Assembly: GCF_006345805.1 (NCBI RefSeq)
Contig: NC_043004.1
Location: forward strand, 42,098,001-42,162,000
Direction of reading: 5' to 3'
DNA length: 64,000 nt
Source of the DNA: Octopus sinensis
Lineage: Eukaryota
The notes under the pieces were generated by a model. It was not told where the DNA came from, made no database searches, and saw only the letters and a list, made by a program, of their open reading frames with translations. The translations under genes were made by a program, and so were the position numbers. Below, piece by piece: positions 39,793 to 54,068 of the stretch (the first letter of the stretch is position 1; each line of letters opens with the position of its first letter).

Positions 39793-40697
39793 GACGATGC
39801 TGATGATCATGGTGATGGTGATTAGGATGATGATTAAAACGTTGATGTCGACGATGATGACGACGGCTACAATGATGAAAATGACGACGATGATGTAGTA
39901 AGGAAAAATTAGGATAATAGCAATAATGAAAGATGTGATGCTGAAGACAAAGCTGCTGATTATTATTATGATGATGATGGTTGTGTGAATGAATGGAAAT
40001 TATGATGATCAGAAAAATTATGAGAGTGATGTTGATGATCATAATAAAAGATGAGATGATGACGATGATGATGAAGAGGACATCAATATAATCATCATGA
40101 TAATGTTGAGTATATCGAAGCCGACAATAATGGTAATATTGCAGAAATATCTATCAGTTATGATGACGCCTTTCATGTTATAGTAATGATTTTACTACGG
40201 ATGCTGTTCGCACGATGATGATGATGATGATGATGATGAGATGATGATGATGATGATGAAGACGATGCTGATGATCATGGTGATGGTGATTAGGATGATG
40301 ATTAAAACGTTGATGTCGACGATGATGACGACGGCTACAATGATGAAAATGACGACGATGATGTAGTAAGGAAAAATTAGGATAATAGCAATAATGAAAG
40401 ATGTGATGCTGAAGACAAAGCTGCTGATTATTATTATGATGATGATGGTTGTGTGAATGAATGGAAATTATGATGATCAGAAAAATTATGAGAGTGATGT
40501 TGATGATCATAATAAAAGATGAGATGATGACGACGATGATGAATCAATATAACATCAATAGGACATCAATATAATCATCATGATAATGTTGAGTATATCG
40601 AAGCCGACAATAATGGTAATATTGCAGAAATATTTATCAGTTATGATGACGCCTTTCATGTTATAGTAATGATTTTACTACGGATGCTGTTTCGCAC

Positions 40698-40750
<53 letters not shown>
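39230..40750. repeat. Near-identical triplication of a ~470-520-bp GAT-rich unit
   Basis: AAGACGATGCTGATGATCATGG at 39275, 39791 and 40259. Units are joined by variable (GAT)n. Confidence 0.9.
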
Positions 40751-40752
<2 letters not shown>

Positions 40753-42449
40753 GTGATGGTGATGATGATGATGATGATGGTGATAATGATGGTGGTGGTG
40801 GTAGTTATGTGTATGGTCATAATGAGTATAGCGTGTTTTATGGAAAGCTGATGTAGAGATAGCAATGCTGATTTTAATTTTTATCTTCGTCTGTGATTTT
40901 ATGGCTCGTTGTTGTTGTTGTTCTAAGCGTTCACGTTGCTGATCTCGTTGATATTGTACTTTTTGTTGCTGTTGTTGTTATTCTTGTTATTTGTGTTGCA
41001 TTACGTATTATCGTTGTTTTCAATGTTCATGTTTAGCTTCCGTTGTGAAATTGTTTTATTGAATAAAGTTGGATGGAATATTGAGCCATACCACAATTAC
41101 GATTTTCTTTTCTTTTGTTTATTGTTCGGTCTTGCGTATTCACTTTAGAGTTCATTTTCGTGTTTCCTTTGAATATATTATTCAGGAAATATGGGGCGGT
41201 AACAATCACCTTTACTGACCCGTTTCCCAACTGGTGAGGTTGATGCAGCTGATACCCAACTTCTACAACAGTAGGTTAATATCTTTTGGACTAGCGAGAG
41301 TATGAACAGTTCCTGAATCTGTTCCAGATGTTTGAAACACTGCACATTGCTAGAATGACATCAATTATTATGTTTTACTTTTTAAAGGCGAACTGAAGGA
41401 AATGTCTTTGTTCAGAGCACTGCGAAATGATTCTTGTAGTTTGCCTTTGTAATTGTATGAAATATCCGTGACTACGTAGTCCAAAGTGTTGAATATTATT
41501 TAAAACGGCTGGTTGTGTGGTTCAGAAAATTGGCTGACAGTTCTAGTACGTTGAACAACCCTGTAATAAGCTTGTAATGATGTTATAATGACCGCGTAAT
41601 GTAATTCCTTTTGTTGAAGCTGAGTTCTAAATGAGGAAACATTTCATAAAAAAAGATTCAAGCGGTAACTATCTCTTAACTTCCTGAAATTTGTTTACTT
41701 CCATGAAGGATTTACAATTGTCATAAGTGTGAGTACTGAAATAAGTGCGTTGTTCTTTAGCTCTAGATATTCCCAGATTTAATAAACTTACTTCAAAGTG
41801 TATTCCATTCATGACCATTTAGTTTTTATACATCAGAGACTACATTGTTTAATATATCTGCATTTACGTAAAATATAATTATATAATTGCAAGATTTGGC
41901 TGTATTTCTAACATGTAGGTGTAGTGTGTGAAAAATAAGGTGATTGGTACTTTTTAATGTGCCTTGTGTGAATATTGATAAAATCTTGATGGCCTAAATA
42001 ATAAACCACATAATGGAATACTGAGCAACGTAAGCAATAAATATATCAAGTAGGATTTTGTTCATTAAAGGAATTGGACACCGCAGTGCTTAAAGTCGAA
42101 AATATTTAGCATTATTTAAGAATGAGTATAATGTTCTGGCGACCGTGTAATGTCTCCATCGTTGGCACCTTTTTAAGTAGACTATACGGTATTGGCACCA
42201 CATTTGACATATCACTATGCTTGTTCATGTTTCTAATTCCTTCCGGAAACGTCTGATTTTATATTGATGTCTCAGTAGCATTTTGACAACCGAACTAATG
42301 TATTTAAAACAGTTGAGGCAACCAGGGAAGGCAATGCAAACGTTGTGGTATTTAAACATCTTAATAGTTTTGCTTCAACAGTTTTCTATTCAAATGTTTC
42401 TAAATTAAGGTGCACACGATGATGATGAAGATGATAGTAATTATTGATT

Positions 42450-42650
42450 TCAAATTTTGGCACAAGGCCAGCAAGTTCGGAAGAAGAGGCTAAGTCGATT
42501 ATATAACCCCAGTGCTCAACTGGTAATTGTTTTATCGAACCCGAGAGGAAGACGGGCGATGTTGACCTCTGTAGAATTTGAACTATGTAGAGACGGACGG
42601 AATGCCGCTAAGAATCTCGCCCGGCGTGCTAACGACTCTGCCAGATCGTA
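42450..42650 (-). mobile_element. SINE family C, diverged
   Basis: Head CTGGCAGAGTCGTTAGCACGCCGGGCGAGA and 3' end TTGCTGGCCTTGTGCCAAAATTTGAAA. Confidence 0.7.
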
Positions 42651-45600
42651 ATTATCATCATTTTAGAGGTAATGAGAGGATATAAGCATTGACGGTGGTG
42701 ATGATAAAAATGATGGCGATGGCGCTGAAGAAGAAGAAAAAAGAACGAGACAATGATGACTACTCTTGATATTGATCATGATGGGTGTATGTGCATTCAT
42801 GGCTATTGTGTATTTGTTGTTCTCGTTGCTGAGTCACATCTCAACTTTAACCGAACTGATCTTTAATCAGAAGTGTGATGGTCTCAGTTATTTTCAAGTG
42901 AAACTATTATTTTAACCCTTCTCTTTTTAAGACGATATAGTTACTGTTTCTAGTGGGAGGAAACGCCATGTGGATGATAAATTGTTAGCACCACAGGGTG
43001 ATATATTCACTTGAAAAAGTGGAAAAAGATAAATGTCCTTGATTACTGAAACGTAGGACACTTCTCTCCACAGTATATTTGCTTCTTCGTTAACATGTGC
43101 GTTCGTGTTTAAGACACTTGCTTATCGAAAATGGCTTTCTTTTTGTGGCGGAAATATATTAATGAATAACTATAAATAAAAATGCAGCGCACTCAAATAT
43201 ACATACGACCAAACGCATACGCAATTATGTGTACGTGTATATTTGTCTGTGTTTTTGTGCTTGTGTTTCGAAAACAAGAATACTGGTCTAATATCTAATA
43301 TCTCAAAGACATAATGGCTATCAAGTTAGATGCTTTCCTTAATACGTAACTTGTTAAAAACAAATGACTTACAGACATAATACAGATGGTAGGTAACAGT
43401 AGGCAATACCAGCATTTTAAAATTAACAATTAAGACAGCCAATAATAGATAAAACATATAACATATATCATATTGTAAAGTGAACAGTGTGATATGGCAC
43501 CATTTCGAAACACACACATACACACACACACATACACACACACACGCGCACACACACACACACACACACAAACACAAGCAAACGCGCACAGAGAAAACAG
43601 AATAAAACTAGCAACTTTTATTTAGGAACGCATTTCGCCTGAAAATAATAGCAACTCATCAAATTATGATCTGTAGCAATTCGAATATTTTCATAGTAAT
43701 ACTATTTTTTTTTCTTTTTAGAAAAAGCCGATGGGAAGTATGAAAAGCAAATAACACGATATTTATAGAAAGTGTTAGAAATATTCTAACTGCAGTGTTC
43801 ATAAGCTCTTCAAATATAGTTTGACAAACTTTATAATTTATTTTGACTCTGTTTATTACATCACACTTTTGGTTATCTATTTATCCGTTCACTTATTCTC
43901 TAAATAAAATAACCTTCACTTATTCTCTTCACATTCTCCAACTTTCTCTCTTCTGCAGCTCCTTTCCGTCTCTATCATTGCCAGTTTGTTTTTAATTATT
44001 CTTTTGAACGTTTTTCAACACATTATTAATACAAACTGCTGCAATTGCTATTGGCAACACACCGGCTTCTTATTTTCGTATTGATCGTTTTTTTTTCACT
44101 CATTTTCATAATTAACAGTTACATGTGTTATGAAGAAACAACTCCGAAGCTTCTAAAATATTCTCCATAGAATTTAGAATATTAGTAAATAGTATGTAAA
44201 ACTTTCACAAAGGCAGAAAATAACAAAAACTCATGAGGATTATAGCAGCTCGCTATTTTTCTTTCAAGAAAGAGTTTTCGGAATAAATTTTGAAATATTA
44301 AAAACAAATGTTATTTTTTGATTTTCATATTTATGTATTTACTAAGATAACATCAGCGGAGCAACAAAAACAGGAGAATGTCGATTGAAATATCCTTCTA
44401 TTATATATTTATATCTTTTAATAATTTCGATAAAAAAAAAACTTGTCGACAGCAAATTTGATTTTTATACTCCAGAAGTCTGTACGTAGTAATACACATG
44501 TACAAAAAAGGTGTTCCAACGACCTTTCTAAATCTCAGAATTGGGTAGCGTGTAGTAATGTGTAAATATATTTTGAGATGAAAAAATGTGAGGGTTGATT
44601 CAAGAAAGATATTGTGGAAGCCTAGAAATTGTAATGGGATAGAACTAGAGCTGGTGTTTTCCTTGTGAGGTATAAAAGTGTTGCCAATTTATGACGTCAA
44701 ACGTATTTTTCATTCTCCTTGGTAGGCACATATACAACAACAATATTAAAGATTTAGGTATAATAGTACACTGGTATTTTTGGACCATTCCATAAACTAA
44801 GATTCTGTTATCTTTTCCCACTACTTAGAAGAAAATAAAAATATATACTTTGATACATATTTTAATATATTTGTTCGATCCATATTAGAATATGCCACTC
44901 AAATTTGTGAAACGTCAATATGCTACTTTGATTTCCTGAACTAAAGTGCATAAAAAAACTCTTATATTCGTCGTTTTACACAACTGAGTATCGCATAGTG
45001 GAATATCGAAAAGTTAGAGCAGATTTTAACATGCCTTAGGCCTGTATGTTGGTATATCAGTCTTAAATGAGATGACAATTGTCATTGAGAGATACTTTGA
45101 TTTGCAATTGATTTTAGGAAACGTTTCTGAAATTCCAAAATTGGTGAGCAGGTGAAAATAATGTCTCAGATTATCTGTTCGTATGCTTAAAGTTACTATT
45201 TCAACTCCTGCTGGGTTCTGTTTAGTCTTTTAGCTTTTTGTTGTCGATAAAGGAAAGTACCAATTAAGTCCTGGAGTCGATGGCATCCATTAATACTTTC
45301 CCCTCAAAATTATTGATTTTCCAATTAAATTAGGTAGTTTTCTGAAGTTCGAAATTACTATTTTCTCCAATCAATTAAATTTTGGAATCTTTTACTATAT
45401 AATTTTGTTTTATCTCAGATATTAATAAATGTTTATCAAATTGGATAAAACTAATTTTGCTTCCATTATAAAATATGACAGAAGGTATGAAACCCATAAA
45501 TAAATACACGATTTTATTTCCTATAGGAAATACACCATTAGAAGCTGTTTTACGCAAGCACTACCTTATACTATTTTACATGACTTAATTTATTGTAATT

Positions 45601-46677
45601 AGTTAGGTTTTGGTCTATGTGATACTATAAACTGTATTAAAATTGAAATAAAAATGTCATTGGCTGGAATGAAAGGAGGTGTGCAATAATAAATATATTT
45701 GAAACGCATAATCAAACACATTCTCGTATACTACACATTGTGTAACTGTCCGGTAGTTGTTGATTTCTGCCAAACAAATCATTGTGGAACACACAGATGA
45801 GAGGTGGAGGAAACATTTCACCAATGTCTGAGAAAAAAAACAACAAAAAAACAAAAAAATAAAACCCCTTTGATCAGTTCATTACTAGCCATTTTTAATT
45901 GCATTCCTTTTATGAGAGTTGACTGAAAGAAGATTATTTAAATGTACGTACTATTTATATATTTCTTGTATATGTTATATATATATTTATTTATTTGATC
46001 GCGGTACTTTATTCGCAACGAGTTCTCATATATGTTATATTTGGTTAATATTTCTCCGTAGTTCTCTTTAATGAAACCACCATTTTTATTTGAAGAATAT
46101 TTTATTAATTTTTTGTATGTTTCAGTTGAGTTAATGGATAAATTTAATTAATATTCCTATTCAAACATTACGGTGATTAAATTAATTTATGTTTTCAAAA
46201 ATTATTTTCTCTGATTTATATTTTTTTAATATGTTTACGTTAAAATTACTGTTAGATATTTGTTTACGAAATGTTTCGTGAAACAGAGCTATAGAATTAA
46301 AAACGTAAATCATATAAATCTAGCAAAGACTTTTCTATTTTGTTTTTATCTTGTCATTTATTTTGTCATAATAAATTCCATTCGAAATATGGATTAATAA
46401 TTTTTACTAAGTCTCTCTCATCGTCGTTAGAAGGTGGCTGTATGAATCATCCATCAATTGCATCGTTATAGAGTTTGCTATTGTTATCTCCTCTAGACGA
46501 GTGTCAAAAGCAAACATGTTGTGATGTGAATGTAAATTCGTTGGGTTGTTTGCGCCCTCTATTGATAATTAGCGTTTGTGTGATGTACATAATGTAATGT
46601 AGACTGTGAGAATAATTTTATCTATAAGTTATATTATCATGCTTAGATTAACCAAGCAAAACATTACAAGAAATGGG

Positions 46678-47115
46678 GGATCTTTTCGGTTTGAACGGCA
46701 GTTTTAAACATAAATTCTAGGTATCTAAAAAATTTTAAACTTCGTATACTGGTAGAATGTGTTTATAAAACATCTTTTTCTCTTGGCTTTATTGAGACAA
46801 TTTTATAGTTTGTAAGATATTTGTAGTTTTTTTCTTCAATGTCTGCAATGTCAACCAATCACCGACATCTATTGAGTTAAAAAGCATTCTGTGCCGTATG
46901 AATATGTCCCTCGTTCAAGAAACAGGTTGGTTTTATTTACATTTGTGAAGAAAAAAAGATACCCTTCCGCCACCCCTAGCCCTAACCCTAACCCTAACTA
47001 ACCCTAACCCTAAAAGAGATTGAAATGCAATAGATCGATTCTAGGGTCATAATTATGGGTGACAATTTCATATGACACCGCTAGAGAAAAACTGCCGTTC
47101 AAACCGAAAAGATCC
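46678..47115. mobile_element. MITE with 28-bp perfect TIRs and 8-bp TSD (Merlin-like by 5'-GG termini); carries CCCTAA repeats
   Basis: TIR GGATCTTTTCGGTTTGAACGGCAGTTTT / AAAACTGCCGTTCAAACCGAAAAGATCC. TSD GAAATGGG at 46670-46677 and 47116-47123. Confidence 0.88.
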
Positions 47116-47713
47116 GAAATGGGTTAATAATTAATATGTATACACTAGTCCAGCTGACTATATTCGAAAACCAGCTATCCTTATGTAACTTACTGCTAAT
47201 TCGGAATACTCTACCCTTTTGGTATTTTACGAAATAACGAACTTTCGGTTAGAGTTAAGTACATTAATGACACATTCACTTTGTAACTATTAAAAACGGA
47301 TTAAGTACTTTTTTATTCTTATTTCCTTGTAATATTTCAATTGCTGTTCACTCAAATCTATTTGTTTAATATAAACACCTCATATAACTTTCTAAACATA
47401 ATAAGGAAAATGAAATTTTCTATTACATTCTTAAGTCGATTATTTGAGAGAAAAGGGTAATTTTCTAAGAAGCCAGAAACTAGACCTTAAAACAATGAGT
47501 CCATGATCCAGGTTTAGTTTTTATTTTTTCAGTTCCTGTTTCTGGATGAAGAGAATTGAATTTCCTCATTTTCATCGTTTATTGGTTTCAGTCATTGGAT
47601 TGGTCGAATTATACTACCGACTTCAAAAGCTTACAATCTATCATTTCGATATCACTACTAATTTCAAACAGCAACTTATTTTACTTGAGATAAATGGATG
47701 CAAATCGCCACAC

Positions 47714-47796
47714 ACCTACAAAGGCAGATACATAACCTACAAAGGCAGATACATAACCTACAAAGGCAGATACATAACCTACAAAGGCAGATACAT
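47714..47796. repeat. 21-bp minisatellite, 4 copies
   Basis: ACCTACAAAGGCAGATACATA at 47714, 47735, 47756 and 47777. Confidence 0.95.
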
Positions 47797-49847
47797 TTAT
47801 ATAAGTCTCGACACATAGACATACATAAATTTCCACACACGCACACACTCACATATATACGATTCATAAGCGGCAAGCAAGAGAACTCAACCTGGAACTT
47901 CGTATCAACGAAACTATATTCTTAACCGCAAAGGCTGTATTTGTGCCTAATGTAAATGTTGCTTTCTGAAGAGTTTCGCAACATTAAATTAATATAGCTT
48001 CCGTTATAGAAAACCTCAGGGCTGCCATGACAAGAACGCTTTTCGCCATAGTTTCGCCATTTCTCCTGATATAGAATACGCCACAATAACAGTTTATTTC
48101 GACCGAACAAAGAAAGACATCTATTCCTCTACTATCTGTCTACTTGTCTGCTTGCTTCACTATTTCACTCCCTTCTCTTTCTCACCTTCTTTTTATTTTC
48201 CAACTCGCTGTATGCCAGTCTCTCTGTATATGTGCTTGGCTCTCTCTCTCTCTCACTGTCTCTCTCTCTCTCGCTTTCTCACTCTGCACATCTCCATACC
48301 ATCTTACTCCCTCTGCCTTTTGAATGTATCTCTCTGTCTCCATCTATTTCAAACTCTGTCTCTCTCTGTTTCTCTCTCTCTTTTTCATCACTCTCCTTAT
48401 CTCCACACACCACAACAGACACACGAATACAACATACATTTCTCTACATACCTTCTCTCATTTTTTCGGTTCTTTCTCGCCATAGTGAATGATTTAGAAA
48501 CAGAAAAGTAATTTTCATACAAATTAATGAAGTAGCACCATCGACATTGCTTCGCTTCGTGGAAATGTACACCGAAGGCGCTTTTGCAAACATGACGGCA
48601 TATATTGCAAAATACTCTCACTTGGCATTGTGCAGTTTTTTTATTTGTTAGAGTTGTTTTCCTTCATTTCATCTCTGGCGAATTGTCACGTCTAATTCAG
48701 CTTTACATTTATGGTGACTTTATTGCTCTTCAATATATTTCTAAATCAGCCGCTGTCTTGTCGCAACAGTCACAGTCAAGCTTCCCAACTCATTGATATG
48801 TCATTTGCTGGTTGCCGTCTCGAACTGCGATAGTTTCAGCCTTTACCTAGTTCGAGATATAATATCGGTAATAAATGTCCATATGCGATACATCTAGCAG
48901 CGGCAGCTTATTATGCCTCATCTGCTTATAGTACAGTACATAGATGTTGTCAAAATACAGTAAAATGGGTCGAATTTCTGTTAAGCACACTTTGTATTTG
49001 GTACCGATTACATTGCACAATATTTCTACAGTCGATATTTGAGCTACTTCAATACCTTCCCTTGCAGCAGGCTGTAACTGTGTGCAGTGAGCTACATCAA
49101 CGTCGAGGCTGTTGCCATCAAAAATTGTACTCCTTAAGAGTATAGATTTCTTCATTCGCGAATATTGTAATCAGGGGTTCATGGTCCAGTATTCCACAAT
49201 GAGTCTGACGCAAACATTTGGTTCTTTTGTGCCTAATTAATAATCCTAATCCCATGGCTGTTAGCACATGTTTAAATGTTCTGGAGACCATCTCTGGAAT
49301 GAATCCTTTGATCTAAGTGACGAGTGGCGAGAATACACATAATCCGAATACACATAATGTAGCACGTTGAAATTGATTTAACTTAGATAAGTTCAAGGAC
49401 ACGCCACCCATTCCTGTGAAGGTATATATTTCACCTGTGAACTCGCTGGTCGTACTTGGTAACACGGTTTCCACAAACAACGCAAATAGTGCTGAAGCGA
49501 GTGCATAAACTTGTTTCGTTCAATGGTCAACTGAATAGGATTCAAAGTTGTCACACCTAAAAGAGATTATGGAAGGTATACGATCTTAGAGCTGCATGTT
49601 TATTTCCACTAATTTGTCCAGGCACTAGTGAAGAAAAATGGGATACCCTATTTTATACACCATTCCTGAATTTGTTGCAAGGTAAAATACATGTTAATGT
49701 TTCTTAACATACGAAATTTGCGCTGGAGATTATGAAGAATTCTCTAAGTCATTTTGGCTTCGCCGAAACAGTATTTCTTTTAGAATTTGTGATTGAGAGA
49801 AGGGAAATTCCTATTTATTTCTTCAGTCAAGTCGGCCACATTTCACC

Positions 49848-50083
49848 TTACTCTTTTACTCTTTTACTTGTTTCAGTCATGTGACCGTGGCCATGCTGGA
49901 GCACCGCCTTAAGTCGAGCAGATCGACCCCAGAACTTATTCTTGGTAAGCCTAGTACTTACTCTATCAGTATCTTTTACCAAACCGCTGAGTTACAGGGA
50001 CGTAAACACACCAGCATCGGTTGTCAAGCAATGCTGGGGGGACAAACACAGACACACAAACATATACACACACACACACATAT

Positions 50084-50126
<43 letters not shown>

Positions 50127-50291
50127 TTATATACGACAGGCTTCTTTCAATTTCCGTCTAACAAATGCACTCACAAGGCTTTGGTCGGCCCGAGGCTATA
50201 GTAGAAGAAACTTGCCCAAGTTGTCTCGCAGTGAACCCGGAACCATGTGGTTCGTAAGCAAGCTACTTACCTCACAGCCACTCCTACGCCT
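49848..50291 (-). mobile_element. SINE family A (full length)
   Basis: Reverse complement of the family A consensus. Confidence 0.85.
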
Positions 50292-50632
50292 AGGAAAACT
50301 TTGTGAATATGTTTGTATGCTCGAACTTTTGCTGGAAATTACACTGAAAATTTATATAATGAAGCTTAAGTTTCTTTCACCGTTCATGCATACTCGGAAA
50401 TCTTATTAACCCCGAAGTGATTTCCTCCTGTCATCCACTTGGATGGTAGTTACCCGCTATACCTTATATGGCGGTAACTGCAAGTTGATATCTGTCAGAA
50501 GTTGTTGTGTGTATTCCAGAGACTCACAAATTTTGATGTGAACCGGTTTGGTAACTCACAAAATGTTCCTCCCAGTGGTTCATTTACATCTCCATGTATG
50601 TATGTATGTATGTATGTATGTATGTATGTATG

Positions 50633-50665
<33 letters not shown>

Positions 50666-50816
50666 GTGTTTATACACAAATACATAGACACACGGACACA
50701 CACACATCCATACATGACTTTATAATAATGGCTTATAAACACCTTCCACGCTGCAATTGTTTTTGTTTCAGCACACGATCTCACATCAGGTCACGTGTTA
50801 TGCAAGTACATCTCCG

Positions 50817-50864
<48 letters not shown>

Positions 50865-51116
50865 GTATGTATGTATGTATGTCCACACATACACGCACAA
50901 GCACAAGCACAAACACACACACACACACACATACGCACACACGTACCCACACGTACAAACATATGCAAATTCTAAGAACGCTTTAAATATATACCAGCCA
51001 AAAACAAATATTGCTAGACGGTTTTCATATCGTATCTACTCGTCGAGGAGCAGAATATCACAATACGTGCCGGACAAAACACTTCATCTTCAATTACTTT
51101 ACTTCTATTAACGTCG

Positions 51117-51703
51117 AAGGTGGCGAGCTGGCAGAAATGTTAGCACACCGGGCGAAATGCTGAGCGGTATTTCGTCTGCCGTTACATTCTGAGTTCAAAT
51201 TCCGCCGAGGTCGAATTTGCATTTCATCCTCTTTGGGGGTCGATTAATTAAGTACCAGTTACGCACTGGGGTCGATGTAATCGATTTAATCCGTTTGTCT
51301 GTCCTTGTTTGCCCACTCTGTGCTTATCACCTTGTGGGTAGTAAATAAATAGGTATTTCGTATGCCGGTACGTTCTGAGTTCAAATTCCGCCGAGGTCGA
51401 CTTTGCCTTTCATCCTTTCGGGGTCGATTATATACATACCAGTTAATCTGTTTATCTGTTTATCTGTCCTTGTTTGTCCCCTCTATGTTTATTCCCTTGT
51501 GGGTAATAAAGAAATAAGAAACTTTAGCACGCCGCGCGAAAGGCTTAGATGTATTTCGTTTGTCTTACCGTTCTGAGCTCAAATTCCGCCGAGGTCGATA
51601 TTGCCTTTCATCCTCTCGGGGTCGATTAATTAAGTACCAGTTGCGTACCGGCGTCGATGTGATGGACTAGACCTCTGCCCCCAAATTTCGGGCTTTGTGT
51701 CTA
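51117..51703 (+). mobile_element. SINE family C with internal triplication
   Basis: One head GGTGGCGAGCTGGCAGAAATGTTAGC. TTCTGAG(T/C)TCAAATTCCGCCGAGGTCGA at 51187, 51373 and 51571. Confidence 0.8.
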
Positions 51704-52357
51704 ACGTCAATTATAGGAACCGCTTTATCTGAAAATTTTCAAACTCAAATCATAATTAATAAACAACCTAGCTATACTTTGGCATTTAAAACAACCTTTG
51801 ATTATAATGACATATTATATACCATGTTAGTTGCACTGCTATACAATAGAGGCACTTGCTACTTTTTGTTTAACGTTCTTGGGGACTTCCACAACTGCAA
51901 CAAATCTAGAAGATTATCAGTTAAATGGCAAGTAAATAACTCAGTATTAAATACGATTCGACTTTATATTTATCAGCTTAAAACTTAGACTTAGTGAAAG
52001 TTAAAATGAAATGAGGATCTAGGGATTAAGTGAAACGGTTGAGTAGCATACGCTATACGTTACTGTGTCAAAACTTATCATCTTTCTTTAATTATGTTGC
52101 TTACTTAATGCCGCAGGTTCAAATCACCCCGTGGAAATTTTGCATTTCATTCTTCTACGATCGATAAAATAAATTCTGGCAAATAATCGAGTCGATGTAA
52201 TCGACTGTAATATTCCTCGCTGACAATTAGCATTCTTCTTGGGTGAAAATGAAAATAATACCATATGTGTTGAATGAATGTGTGCGTGTGTGTGAGCGTA
52301 TATGTGCGTGTATATATATGTGTGTGTGTGTGTATGTATGTATGTATATATGTATAT

Positions 52358-52405
<48 letters not shown>

Positions 52406-52836
52406 CATACATACATACATACATACATACATACACATACACACACAGAGGCTTTCAATCAAATCAGAAAACAAACGTTTCTAATTATCACATAGAGTAA
52501 GTGTTTCTAATTATCACAGATAAAACATGAAGTCTAATGACACTTCAAACAATTACATTCTTATCATCGTCAAATATAAACCAAAAGTTTATGTATTTTA
52601 TTTGTCTGACGCCTTTATTCTAAAAGGTGTTGTTTACTAAAATTACTAATGTATGATTGTTTGAAATAGATCTCCAGCATCATGAATGTCTAATGCTGGG
52701 AACTGGCAATATAAAGGTTTCCTGCACACAAGCACAAATTAGCCAATTAGTATGAAGTTTTACATTGTCTTAGCTTTCTCAGTTTCGATATCAAATCTCA
52801 CTGAGTTCGAGAAATTCGTTATCCAGCAGAATTTTC

Positions 52837-53283
52837 GGATCTATTCGGTCTGAACGGCAGTTTTTAACATAAAATCTAGGTAACTAAAAAAATTTAAACT
52901 TCGTATAGTGGTAGAATGCGTTTATCTCTTGACTTTATTGAGACAATTCTATAGTTTGTAAGCTATTTGTTGTTTCTTTTTCTTCAATTTCTGCAATTTC
53001 AACCAATCAGTGACCTATATTGAGGTAAAAAACATTCTGTGCCGTATGAATATGCCCCCCGTTTAAGAAACAGATTGGGTTTATTTACATTTGTGAAGAA
53101 AAAAAGATATCCTTCCCCCCACCTCTAACCCCAACCCTAACCCAAACTAACACTAACTAGCCCTAACTAACACTAACCGTAAAACAGACTGAAATGCAAT
53201 AGATCGATACTAGTGTCATAATTATGGGTGACAATTTCATATGACATCGCTAGAAAAAACTGCCGTTCAAACCGAAAAAATCC
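52837..53283. mobile_element. Second, more diverged copy of the CCCTAA-containing MITE
   Basis: Colinear with 46678-47115. TIRs have a few mismatches. TSD GAATTTTC / GTATTTTC (7/8). Confidence 0.85.
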
Positions 53284-53859
53284 GTATTTTCGAACCTTAG
53301 ATGTCATCCATTAATGTGGCACTTCAAGTATTGATTCGTATACCTCCAATTTGATGAGAGAAGGCATCAAAGGTGAGCAGTATAGATAGTGGCATCTTTT
53401 AGTTATCGGACAGACTTCTTTCCTTCATCTTCATACCGAGAAATTGAACAAGAGAAATACTGAACCCAGTGAGAGATAAGTATCAATTTAATACACAACC
53501 GTAAGAGCTACTAATAAATCCATTCTTTTATGATAATTTAACTAGGTATATTCATATACTAGTCCATATATCACTAACCAGTCCTTCAGGCTCTGTTTAT
53601 GCGTTATATATATTTTAAAAACTAGGAGTCTGGACAGTGAAGCAATAAGAAAAATGTGAAAAAAAATAGATAAACGTAAAAAAATAACACGAAGAATGCT
53701 GATGCAAAAAGGGAATAAGAAGAAAGAAACAAAGTCAAGAAGTTTTAGATCCTCGTTGTTGCTGATTGCAGAAAACTCGATTAATACATTCAGTATAGAA
53801 CAAAGTGTGTCAAAATCTGCGAGATAGCAACCCGTTCCAGAGCGGGTGGTTTGCTCCAA

Positions 53860-54045
53860 TTTGGTAAACGTAACCTGTCCATATGTTTACACCTGCCAAA
53901 AATTTCAGATCTAGAATAAAGCAGTGCGTTGGAATTGTTGGATCTAAGAATAATATAAGATCTTCCTGCTACGTATAAGTTGCATTTCTTAGATCCATAA
54001 ACATATGGCTTGGATTTCTCCACTATTCTTCACTTGAGTGTTTAA
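53860..54045 (-). pseudogene. C-terminal fragment of a Penelope-like element GIY-YIG endonuclease region
   Basis: Translates *TLK*RIVEKSKPYVYGSKKCNLYVAGRSYIILRSNNSNALLYSRSEIFGRCKHMDRLRL, matching the PLE C-terminal pattern Y.IKW.I...A.PY..G.K.C.LC..EK..I.....LLN.RSE....C.H. Cut upstream by a SINE. Confidence 0.72.
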
Positions 54046-54068
54046 ACATTAATATTTACATACAATGG

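Noticed and set aside
39041-40510. Three His-rich ORFs of 110-161 aa
   Set aside because: Translation of (ATC)n in a duplicated low-complexity unit. No coding or splice evidence.
48400-49560. Coding-like, Cys-rich stretch, possibly a decayed transposon gene
   Set aside because: No family motif could be confirmed in any frame.
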